Shown here: one piece after another, positions 55,771 to 64,000 of the stretch | Position numbering within the stretch: the stretch's first letter is position 1 | How the letters are laid out: every line of letters begins with the position of its first letter | Source: a virus | Lineage: Duplodnaviria > Caudoviricetes | Length of the DNA stretch: 64,000 bases | IMG/VR virus record: IMGVR_UViG_3300009031_000221 | Coordinates: 96,001-160,000 of that record | Strand: one strand, 5' to 3' | The notes under the pieces: model-generated | Seen by the model: the letters and a program-made list of their open reading frames with translations, nothing else | The model's database searches: none | Told to the model about the DNA's origin: nothing | Position numbers and translations under genes: made by a program

Positions 55771-57732
55771 TTACCTACCTCGGGTATGCCCTCTTAGGCT
55801 TCGTGATTGTTGCCGGTCAGGGCTACTACCTGACCTTCGTGCTTGCATGGCCAATCTAACATTGTCACGAGATGAACCTTGAACACCACCCGCAGAACCT
55901 CGATGAGTTCCTGTCCGAACACCGGAAATCAATTTCGGTTTGGTCATATGATCCGAAGCCAACCAAATCATACGAACTAATGCGTCAGGGCGGTCGTCAT
56001 GTTTACCTTCAATATTGGGGGCTTCTACCTTGATGACATACTTGGATTTCTTTTCTTCTTGAAGCTCCATCATTTCCTCAATGTAAGCACAATGTTCCTT
56101 CCCATCCTCAATAGGCCAATCGTAAAGGACAAGGCGCTTGTCCCACATCATATCCTTGAAATTCTTGTAGACTTCCGAGTTGATGACATCCGTAAAATGC
56201 GTCCGCTGGATCTGATGCAATCCTCGCTTTGCCAATGCCTGCTCGAATGGAATTCCGGCGTGCTGGTCAATTACTCCATGGGCAATAAAGTACTTCTTGG
56301 ACAACCGTTGAATCCAATCCGCTACTTCCTCAAAATTGAGGGTGTCCACATTTTCATATTTGCCCTCGCCCGCCTTCATCTGGTCAATGAGGTCCAAAAC
56401 GATAACAGGCCCCCGTTCCGAGGATTCCAAATGTCCAATAGCAACAGCCGTCGCGTCCCCCTTTAGGGCCAAGTCGATTGCGATGAAGTGCGGACGGCGA
56501 GCGGGGATTGCTTGTCCAGGCCTGTGTGTCGGATCAATACAATCAAACAGGTCTTGTGGACGATCCAGATAGCCTCGAGTACGGTCGGTGAACCTACCTC
56601 CAAACTCCGTGAAGAATGACGTGGCATCCTTCATATATTCACTTTCAAAAGCCGAAGCCGGAAGGGTTGGGTTCACTTCCCAGGTTGGCGCCTCGATACA
56701 CAACATATTTCCAGACCCACGGCCACCCTTCATGCCCTGCTGAAAGAGCTTGTAGAACATCCCCTGCTTGCCCAAGGGGGATGAAATGGCAATGATACGG
56801 GCTTCTACGTCCCCAATAGGTCGTTTGTAGTTCTTGGGATCCTTATGCGAGAAGGTCGCCATAGACGGCGTAACCGCCTTGTAAACAGATTCAGCGGAAC
56901 TAGATCCCGATTCCTCTGTAAAGTGCGCCATCTCGTCAAGGATAACCACGATGTTACCAGCACCACGAAGGCCTTGGGCAATACATGACATGAAGGTAAC
57001 CTTGAGGGTCGCCTTTGCCGTCGCATCGTCAACATATCTGCCATACCGTTCCACATCTTTAGGCGTCTGGAATCGGGCGTATGTCTGTGTATTATTCGCG
57101 GTATAGGGGGAGAAGAATCCGCAATTACGGAAGTGGCTCGATACCTCCTGGTAAAGAAGTCCTGCCTGATCCTTTCCCGTTGCGACAGAAATGATCTGGA
57201 TGTTGTTACCAGGGGGCAACCCGTAGTACTCCTGAGGGTTCCCCTTCAGAATCAACTTGTACGTTTCATAGCCCGCGATAATAGCCGCGATGTAGGTTTT
57301 GCCGGAACGACGTCCAATGGACAGAACCAATTCTCGTCGCTCGTGGTCTACCTCAGCGATGTTCGCCCGACCTTCTGAATACAGAAACCGTAGATATCCG
57401 GCCTCCGTCATATACCTAGGATTGGATCGATCCCAATCCGTTATGGGCACGCGATTCTTGTAATGAAGGTAATCTAGACTGTTTTCGTCTAGATCCGTAA
57501 TAATATCATAATCAGGATGATCTAGTGGAATAGGATCATCCAATGAAACCCCATAAGAGTTGTCATCTAGCTTAAGACCGTAATGGGCCTTGAGGATGAT
57601 TTTCTGTACGGGGAAAAGGGATAGCCCTAGCCCCCAATCAGGAGACTCCGCAAACTCAATTACGTTGGCAGGTTCCCGCTTGACATTGTTAGTCGCTTGG
57701 CTGACGCCAAGAATAAGCTCGGAGAAACTCAA
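55771..57732 (-). CDS. terL: Terminase large subunit
   Basis: Walker A GRRSGKT, Walker B VILDEMAH, coupling motif ISS, nuclease IAIDLA...HDDRPDAL. Confidence 0.93.
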   Translation of the reverse strand: MSFSELILGVSQATNNVKREPANVIEFAESPDWGLGLSLFPVQKIILKAHYGLKLDDNSYGVSLDDPIPLDHPDYDIITDLDENSLDYLHYKNRVPITDWDRSNPRYMTEAGYLRFLYSEGRANIAEVDHERRELVLSIGRRSGKTYIAAIIAGYETYKLILKGNPQEYYGLPPGNNIQIISVATGKDQAGLLYQEVSSHFRNCGFFSPYTANNTQTYARFQTPKDVERYGRYVDDATAKATLKVTFMSCIAQGLRGAGNIVVILDEMAHFTEESGSSSAESVYKAVTPSMATFSHKDPKNYKRPIGDVEARIIAISSPLGKQGMFYKLFQQGMKGGRGSGNMLCIEAPTWEVNPTLPASAFESEYMKDATSFFTEFGGRFTDRTRGYLDRPQDLFDCIDPTHRPGQAIPARRPHFIAIDLALKGDATAVAIGHLESSERGPVIVLDLIDQMKAGEGKYENVDTLNFEEVADWIQRLSKKYFIAHGVIDQHAGIPFEQALAKRGLHQIQRTHFTDVINSEVYKNFKDMMWDKRLVLYDWPIEDGKEHCAYIEEMMELQEEKKSKYVIKVEAPNIEGKHDDRPDALVRMIWLASDHMTKPKLISGVRTGTHRGSAGGVQGSSRDNVRLAMQARRSGSSPDRQQSRSLRGHTRGR

Positions 57733-57740
57733 ACACCCTC

Positions 57741-58421
57741 CTAGACCACATGCTTCATGCGGTTACGGGCTTCCGCTTCCCATTCATCTCCCATCATCTT
57801 AGCGAGCTTCGCGAAAACGGTTTCCACCATTTCAGGGCGTGCCCCCGAGCTAGACATGGATTCTTGAAATGTTTCCATGATGAATTTGAGAAGCACCCGA
57901 AACGCGGGAGAATTCATATCAATGCCGCGTGATGAAATCTGGTCCTTTCGCTTAAGCCACGTATCGGCAATCGCCTTCAACGCCCCAATACGACGTACAG
58001 ACAATTCACTAGTTTTTTCCCCATTTTGTTCAGCTCTTGTCCGCTCAAACCCAATACTGGCGGCTTCCTCGCCTAGAGCCATGATAATCTGATGAAGAAC
58101 ATCAGGATCCTCAGGCTTCTCGCGGGCAATCTTCAATACAGGATCGTTCAGCATAGCGTCACTTTTGAGTTGAATGACGGCGGCTGCAACACGATTAACG
58201 GGTTCCATGACTACAGTCTTAGGACGCCCAGGGTTCCCCTTCATAGATACCGGGACACCTTCCTTGTTGACCTGAATCTCATCCTTATCGGTAACTTCGT
58301 CGAGGGGCTTGTACTTACACTTGCCCATTTCATTCTTGACCTGAATGTACTTTGTGCCCTTGGGCACTTTAGCCATAAGATCATCGAATCGGTCAGTTGC
58401 CTTTGTCCTCTTGGTTGGCAT
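57741..58421 (-). CDS. Probable terminase small subunit
   Basis: Helical protein immediately upstream of TerL; assigned by position only. Confidence 0.45.
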   Translation of the reverse strand: MPTKRTKATDRFDDLMAKVPKGTKYIQVKNEMGKCKYKPLDEVTDKDEIQVNKEGVPVSMKGNPGRPKTVVMEPVNRVAAAVIQLKSDAMLNDPVLKIAREKPEDPDVLHQIIMALGEEAASIGFERTRAEQNGEKTSELSVRRIGALKAIADTWLKRKDQISSRGIDMNSPAFRVLLKFIMETFQESMSSSGARPEMVETVFAKLAKMMGDEWEAEARNRMKHVV

Positions 58422-58429
58422 GGTTTCAC

Positions 58430-58966
58430 CTAGTGCGTGAACACCGGAGGCCCTGCTACAGGGACACCCTTTGTTAGGTAGCCATTCCCCGTAAACAGGG
58501 TGAATGACAATACGGTGCTATGTTGAATTGCCCTGAATTCTGTGTCATCAGCGGCATGGATATAATTTACGGTTACTACGTCAACAAGAGCTGTCGCAGA
58601 AAACCCCGGAACTCGAGATATTGCGGCCGCAATATTTGTAGCGGTATCCGCCGCCGCCGCCCCGATTAGATAATCGAAGTTGTTGATGAGGCGGTAATCC
58701 CCCATAATCAATTCCGCAGTTCCAGGAAATGTATTGTCGGCAACCTTGAATGACCCAGTGGCCTGGACAGGCCCCGTATTCGGGGTGATCATCATGCCAT
58801 TACCAAGGGCTCCAGCATCACTCAAAATCGGGCCTTGTGTAACCGTCTTCCTATTTGGACGAGGGCGCCCCAGGACGCCCGGTACTGCGGGATCCGTTCC
58901 GTAGGGATACGTATTGAGGAGCATCTTAAACCCCCCAGCTGATTTGACGCCCTTGTTATTCATCAC
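58430..58966 (-). CDS. Hypothetical structural protein
   Basis: Operon-packed; beta-rich composition. Confidence 0.6.
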   Translation of the reverse strand: MMNNKGVKSAGGFKMLLNTYPYGTDPAVPGVLGRPRPNRKTVTQGPILSDAGALGNGMMITPNTGPVQATGSFKVADNTFPGTAELIMGDYRLINNFDYLIGAAAADTATNIAAAISRVPGFSATALVDVVTVNYIHAADDTEFRAIQHSTVLSFTLFTGNGYLTKGVPVAGPPVFTH

Positions 58967-61329
58967 TCCACCTCCATCCCACCAAACGTCAAGTCCCCAA
59001 GAATCTCGATGTGGTGTTCATCCGCAACCCGAACGTCTTCGATACCCTCATTACGAAGGTCGAATTCCTTAGGGTTGAACAAGGAAGCAGTGACTTCCGA
59101 TTCATCCGCATTAGCCAGTTCAATGGCACGTGCCTGATACTTCTTGATGTTCTTTACAGGAAGCTCCTCCCTAGTAGCGAGCTTCTTGTTGTACTGCGAA
59201 CACACACCATCCGCATTGGCGAATGTGCATCCCGCACAACGGGACATTGCCAGGACATGCTTGATACCATTGGCACGATGCTTCAATGCGCCTTCTTCGC
59301 ATCCCGTGGTCCCATTCTTGGAAGCGTATGCCGCAGCATCTACATACAAATGCCCCGACAACCCCTCATGCGTTGCCCGAAGATCCTTAATGTCCTCTCG
59401 TGCGGCCTTACGGATTGGTAGAGGGAACTTGACCTTGAGCATTTCGCTCAATTCCTGCCCCATAGAACCTTCAGCCATCTTCTGCCGCGCCCAACGGCGT
59501 AATGCACGGAATTCATGCTCCGTAATATTGGGAGTAACCTTGGACACCTGTTGGATTGCCGTATACTGAGTATCAGCATACTTCTTAGCCGGAACGGCCT
59601 CAGGCATCTTCTTCCGATTGTCAGGCAACTTATCCAGGCTATTTGCGGCCTTCTTTGCTGCCACCCGCTGCTCAATGGCATCATCACTATTGGCAGCTTC
59701 TTGCGCCGCCGCCCGTTGCTTGATAGATGCAATACTAGCCTTGGAGAACTCGGCCTGAGCCACAGGGCGATATGCAGTATAGGCATGACCCATGTACGAC
59801 TTGATATCCGGGACTTCAACCGAAGCCTGACGATGTTGTCGTGCCATCTGGACAGCCGCAGCAATCAAGCGCTCCAATTCTGCCACAGGACGATTCATAG
59901 ACTCAATCCGCCCACGTTCCTCGGCAGTCAAAAGCCCTGACTTCACAACCCGTCCCAGGTAAGCGCTGAACTTCCGCTTGATGTTCGCCTCAACCCCCGC
60001 CTGTAGCTCATCCAACGAACGCAATGCCGCCTTGCGGGCGTGCATCGCTGTATCGGGCAATGTCGTACCGTCTCCATCGTAAACGCGATATTCGCCCGTT
60101 GCCGTAACCAGGGCGGCACCTACTTCTAACAGTTCTTCTGCAGAAGCTCCGGAAGCATTCAGCTGAATAGCATCGGACTGTGTGATTTTCCCCGCCTGAA
60201 CCCACCGTGCAATCCGAACCAATGCAGCCTTTCGCTTGGTTTCCAAAGATTGCTCTTCCGCTGTCTTCGGCAAAGGCGCCTTGATTACGGGAGCCTTGAG
60301 CGCAGCTTGTGCCTCGGCGTGGGATGCAATGACAGGCTTAACGACTGGCTGGAATTGTTCTGGGACAGAAGCCTTGGTCGGGCCGACCCGGAATGCTCGA
60401 CGCAGAATGTCCTTAGCATTACCTACGGATGCAACCTTATATCCCGATGCGGTCAATCGTGGTGCGTAATATTCTAGAGCTTCCTTCCACGGAATCTCGG
60501 ATACCATCACCATTCCGAGTTTATCGGCTACAGCTTGATCCTCCGTAATAACGTAATGTGCATCATGTGCAGACTTATGGATCTTGTCCAACCACTTGCC
60601 ATTCTTGATACCCGGAAATGCATTGGCACGAATGAATACCTTGCCAATCAACCCATGCTCTTCCTTGATGATCCGCATAGCCGAAGCCGCACGGTAGGAT
60701 TCATGCCCTAATGTTTCCACCAATTCAGCATGGATGCTATTAATGCTTTCCCCGTAATGTGCTCGACGCAAGGCCCGAAGAACCGCGTGTTTTACTTCCT
60801 CCGCAGTCTTCCCACTTTTCGCAGGAGCCTTCAAGGAGGCTTCGTAATCCGCCCTTTCCTTGTCAGTATTAGGAACAATGGTCAAACCATTGGTAGGGCG
60901 ATTCCGACCCCAGGCTTTCTCCAATTGTGGGATAGAATTGAGCTTCTTCTTGTTGTTGGGGAGACGCTCGTGATCGGGCTCCTGAGTTGGATCCATCCAT
61001 TGAAGATCGATAATCGAGGAATCCCTATCCAAGCCGCCTTCTTCCGCTGATAGCATGGCGGTCATGTTAATGCCCAAGCCACTTTCGCTATCATCTGTCA
61101 AGTCCTGAAAACTGAGGTCTTGGCCCGCATCTACAACTAGACCATCCGGCAATCCGGACAACCCTCGAGTAGTAGGTAGACGACCTCCATCCTCAGGCCC
61201 TTGATTATCGGGTTCATCAAACTGAAACCCATCCAATCCAAAATTGTTGCCTGTCGTGAATGTAAACTCATCAGCAGGGAGTGCCGATTCGCCCAGAAAT
61301 TCAGTCCAGTCATTAGTTTTCTTCATCAT
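58963..61329 (-). CDS. Large head-associated protein with an internal duplication and a Cys cluster
   Basis: EHGLIGKVFIRANAF and HEGLSGHLYVDAAAY look like related modules; C-terminal RCAGC..GVC. Confidence 0.7.
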   Translation of the reverse strand: MMKKTNDWTEFLGESALPADEFTFTTGNNFGLDGFQFDEPDNQGPEDGGRLPTTRGLSGLPDGLVVDAGQDLSFQDLTDDSESGLGINMTAMLSAEEGGLDRDSSIIDLQWMDPTQEPDHERLPNNKKKLNSIPQLEKAWGRNRPTNGLTIVPNTDKERADYEASLKAPAKSGKTAEEVKHAVLRALRRAHYGESINSIHAELVETLGHESYRAASAMRIIKEEHGLIGKVFIRANAFPGIKNGKWLDKIHKSAHDAHYVITEDQAVADKLGMVMVSEIPWKEALEYYAPRLTASGYKVASVGNAKDILRRAFRVGPTKASVPEQFQPVVKPVIASHAEAQAALKAPVIKAPLPKTAEEQSLETKRKAALVRIARWVQAGKITQSDAIQLNASGASAEELLEVGAALVTATGEYRVYDGDGTTLPDTAMHARKAALRSLDELQAGVEANIKRKFSAYLGRVVKSGLLTAEERGRIESMNRPVAELERLIAAAVQMARQHRQASVEVPDIKSYMGHAYTAYRPVAQAEFSKASIASIKQRAAAQEAANSDDAIEQRVAAKKAANSLDKLPDNRKKMPEAVPAKKYADTQYTAIQQVSKVTPNITEHEFRALRRWARQKMAEGSMGQELSEMLKVKFPLPIRKAAREDIKDLRATHEGLSGHLYVDAAAYASKNGTTGCEEGALKHRANGIKHVLAMSRCAGCTFANADGVCSQYNKKLATREELPVKNIKKYQARAIELANADESEVTASLFNPKEFDLRNEGIEDVRVADEHHIEILGDLTFGGMEVE

Positions 61330-61985
61330 TATTGATCCCTCTCCTGGAGAAGATACCGACTGGCGACACGCAAAGCACCAAGATCGGAGGATCTCTTATG
61401 GCGAGCCTGCTTCCGACCTGCTCCGGACGGGCCTTGGGGTTCCTCATCGTCGGCATCCATTTCGGATTCTTCCTTCTCCGCATATCCTTCAGGGTCAGCC
61501 CGAATTTCATCCACATCCATCATGATATTCTTCACATCAAGACGTTCACGAGGGCTCTGTTCAGTTATCGAGGGATTCCAGTGGGGCGCTTTGATTTCAT
61601 CGTGAATAGTATCTGTAAATGCAGACAAAGCTTCTACAACATTCATCAACTGCCGACGCATTTCAGCGATCTTCTGAATATAGCCTTTCCCGCCCAGGCT
61701 TCCATCAGGGCTAACTTGCGAGGACTTGATACGGGCAAAATCATCATGTGCAGATAGAGCGTGCCCCATTGCCAATAATGCAGCACGAAGAATCTTGGCT
61801 AACGGCTTGAGATTCTTCGAATCATACTTGAAATCCTCGGAAATAAGCCGTTCTGAAGGGCCAGGAGATCCCCAACCCCACTCATTTTTATCGCCGCCAC
61901 GATCCTTAACGAATCGGACTTCGCCGGCGGTCTTCATCCGTCGCATGTGGCGTGCTGCAACTTGTTCTACTATCCGGTCACTCAT
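61329..61985 (-). CDS. Head-associated protein with QVAARH/KTA/RVASRY motifs
   Basis: GGAGGAG RBS; a late-type promoter variant (GGTTA-tctt-CCTATG) at 62018-62032. Confidence 0.7.
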   Translation of the reverse strand: MSDRIVEQVAARHMRRMKTAGEVRFVKDRGGDKNEWGWGSPGPSERLISEDFKYDSKNLKPLAKILRAALLAMGHALSAHDDFARIKSSQVSPDGSLGGKGYIQKIAEMRRQLMNVVEALSAFTDTIHDEIKAPHWNPSITEQSPRERLDVKNIMMDVDEIRADPEGYAEKEESEMDADDEEPQGPSGAGRKQARHKRSSDLGALRVASRYLLQERDQ

Positions 61986-62034
61986 AGCACTCCTCCACAC
62001 CTCTCAAGATGGGTAGGCATAGGAAGATAACCAA

Positions 62035-62490
62035 TCAGATAATCCCTAGCACCAACATCCAACTTGGACTGCCATCTGGACCATAGCCATCCGGCTCCAC
62101 TCGTTTCCCGGTCGGCGTCAATGCAATGGCATCGTTGGACCATTTCTCCATAGTCTTTACACTAGGCGCCTTGAATCCAGAAACCTGATCTGGCAATCGG
62201 GAAATCGAAGTCTTCATTGCATCCCGAAAATAATCTCGTCCCGAGGGGCCATTGAAGTTCATTACCAATTGGCACAAACGGGCGCCATCAGGATGATGTT
62301 CCCCTAGAAACACAACCGTTACCTTCGTCCCTCGTGGAATCACGTCACCACTCTTCAACCGGAGATCCTTCTTGATGGTGCGATCCGCTGCCGCATCCTT
62401 CAGCAATGGGACAATATGTGCCCGTAGCTCAGGATTGGCATGCGCCAGCCGCATTAGGTCTTCCCGCAATTTGTCATTCGAATTACTCAT
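62035..62490 (-). CDS. Putative internal head protein with N-terminal LRxx..LAxANPELR motif
   Basis: The N-terminus is shared with 18744-19304. Confidence 0.7.
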   Translation of the reverse strand: MSNSNDKLREDLMRLAHANPELRAHIVPLLKDAAADRTIKKDLRLKSGDVIPRGTKVTVVFLGEHHPDGARLCQLVMNFNGPSGRDYFRDAMKTSISRLPDQVSGFKAPSVKTMEKWSNDAIALTPTGKRVEPDGYGPDGSPSWMLVLGII

Positions 62491-62504
62491 ATTGCCCTCG
62501 CAGG

Positions 62505-63206
62505 TTAGACCTTCAATGGTTTGCCCGTATCATCGAATAACCGGTTAATGATGTAATTATCGCCCTTCTGGCTAACAGACCAAAGATCCTTCGTGGCCTT
62601 GTGTACTAATTCCTCGCCACGTCCTGCTACGACAGAGAACAAGGAAGAAATATCGCCGAGGCTCGAGACCACCATTCGCACATTGTTAGCGTGCCTATGA
62701 CTCGGCCCTGCCAAACGAAGATGCTCCGCCATGATTGGAATAAATTGCCCGTCATCCCATGACACGAACACTCGACCGTCCAAGTCTGTTCGGGGGCCAT
62801 CAGCCGTCTTAACCGTGACGATGGTTCCCCCAAAGTTAGGATCGGGGACGCTGGCGTAGGTCAAAACCGAACCCAGGTTAGCAATGAACCGAACTCGGGT
62901 TCCGGCATTCTGTGGGAGCATGAGGGCGGAAGCTGCCCGACCCTGATCCGTCAAGGATTGCATCGAAGTAAATGCAGATCCACCCAAGGCCTTCGCCATC
63001 TTGGGTTCCCCATTCAGAACCAAGTCTAGAACCGTGCCTTCCTTGAGGAACATCTCGTTCGTCCAAGCGAAGTCATCCCCATCATCGGGACCGTAGCCCC
63101 CATTCTTGATGTTATCATAGACTTCATCAATCAAGCTAGGATCATCGACAAGGTTATTCAATGCAGCCTTCAACGATTCGCGTATTTTCTTTGTACGATC
63201 CGACAT
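62505..63206 (-). CDS. Hypothetical protein (SH3-like central domain)
   Basis: AAGGAG RBS; GTRVRF...GTIVTV...VFVSWDDG. Confidence 0.7.
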   Translation of the reverse strand: MSDRTKKIRESLKAALNNLVDDPSLIDEVYDNIKNGGYGPDDGDDFAWTNEMFLKEGTVLDLVLNGEPKMAKALGGSAFTSMQSLTDQGRAASALMLPQNAGTRVRFIANLGSVLTYASVPDPNFGGTIVTVKTADGPRTDLDGRVFVSWDDGQFIPIMAEHLRLAGPSHRHANNVRMVVSSLGDISSLFSVVAGRGEELVHKATKDLWSVSQKGDNYIINRLFDDTGKPLKV

Positions 63207-63215
63207 GGTACTCCT

Positions 63216-63998
63216 TTAGAACCTCGTAACCACCCAACCAGCATCCAAGGACACTGGAGCGGCTAGATTAATCGTGAATCCGGCAACGGTCTTATTTGTG
63301 ACCCACCATGCGCCACCGGGATCCCCATTGAATTCCACGGATATTGCGTAATTGGTATCAGGGTGTGCCGAAACAAATGTCACTGCCTTGGTAGCTTCAG
63401 CAACAAACGTCACCGTACCTGTTTGCCGATTCTCTGATAATACGGTGCCTATAGCGGCTGTTATCACGCTGTGGCGGACATTGACTAGCTCCACTTGCAC
63501 TGTATTTTCAAGGGCTAGGTCGGCGATATTTGCCCCAATGAAATAAACCGTTTGATCCCCTGCCACTACGACATTGCCCTTAGTTCCGCCACCTGTGAAC
63601 ACGAAGTCTCCTACTATGCCCGTCAGTGTTGCACGCAACACTGGATTCAGGGATGAACCCGTACCTACAAGGCATGACACCAAGCTTGTATCCGTCAAGG
63701 CCTGAACGGGCATAACCCCCGTGGAATCCAATATGACTTGAAGTGCCGGAATGGTGCAATTGGTCATCAACACCTGGGCACAGTTTGTAAGGTCAAACAA
63801 GGACAATCCTGTATCGCCTGTCTGATTACAATCGGTCAATGTGAGTACATTGATAGACGTTGCCCAAACGCCTCTATTTCCCCCAGGGGATACAGGAGCC
63901 AATTGGCAGTTGACTATTTCAATGCCCGCCGCACCAACAAGAGATCCGGCGCCGCCAATGATACGAACGCATGCATAGGCGTCATGTGCATTAGATAT
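63216..63998 (-). CDS. Fibre/appendage-type protein (5' end outside the window)
   Basis: The frame stays open to the window edge; beta-helix-like repeats, and a C-terminal Y..SVE.NG...WWVTNKTVAGFTI H-type-lectin/gp53-like tip. Confidence 0.6.
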   Translation of the reverse strand: MSNAHDAYACVRIIGGAGSLVGAAGIEIVNCQLAPVSPGGNRGVWATSINVLTLTDCNQTGDTGLSLFDLTNCAQVLMTNCTIPALQVILDSTGVMPVQALTDTSLVSCLVGTGSSLNPVLRATLTGIVGDFVFTGGGTKGNVVVAGDQTVYFIGANIADLALENTVQVELVNVRHSVITAAIGTVLSENRQTGTVTFVAEATKAVTFVSAHPDTNYAISVEFNGDPGGAWWVTNKTVAGFTINLAAPVSLDAGWVVTRF

Positions 63999-64000
63999 GT

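Noticed and set aside
1-64000. tRNA genes
   Set aside because: I saw no cloverleaf with a T-loop GTTCRA motif in the intergenic gaps by eye. A tRNAscan-SE/ARAGORN run would settle it.

Overview
A 64-kb segment of a large (jumbo-type) myovirus genome; almost all real genes are on the minus strand. From right to left it holds: unknown head-associated genes, a probable TerS, TerL (55771-57732), portal (53412-55106), a 1798-aa multi-enzyme protein (2H phosphoesterase + CCA-adding/poly(A)-polymerase-family nucleotidyltransferase + topoisomerase IB), prohead protease, an EF-hand-containing acidic scaffold, a decoration protein and the major capsid protein (41187-42062). Further left are two paralogous structural families, neck/adaptor genes, a 1770-aa tail sheath and the start of the tail tube. 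Embedded accessory islands encode ThyX, a NADAR-like protein paired with an ADP-ribosylglycohydrolase, an SLX1-like GIY-YIG nuclease, an RNase II/R catalytic domain fused to two dsRBDs, a 5'(3')-deoxyribonucleotidase, and free-standing homing-type endonucleases of four families. Outside the ORF track I found two promoter motif classes (CTTACTT-N12-GCGTAGW before accessory genes; compact RRTWG-N4-YYTAT before structural genes), a ~175-nt structured RNA resembling 6S RNA, two tandem micro-ORFs with a RAPP ribosome-arrest-like motif, a homing-endonuclease cassette carrying a replacement 3' end of its host gene, a copy of the scaffold C-terminal motif inside another gene, and recurrent K-x-A / RVAxR[YFW] motifs across head-region proteins. 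All family assignments come from motif recognition by eye; no searches were run. The host is not determinable from this window. No tRNA or CRISPR array was seen.
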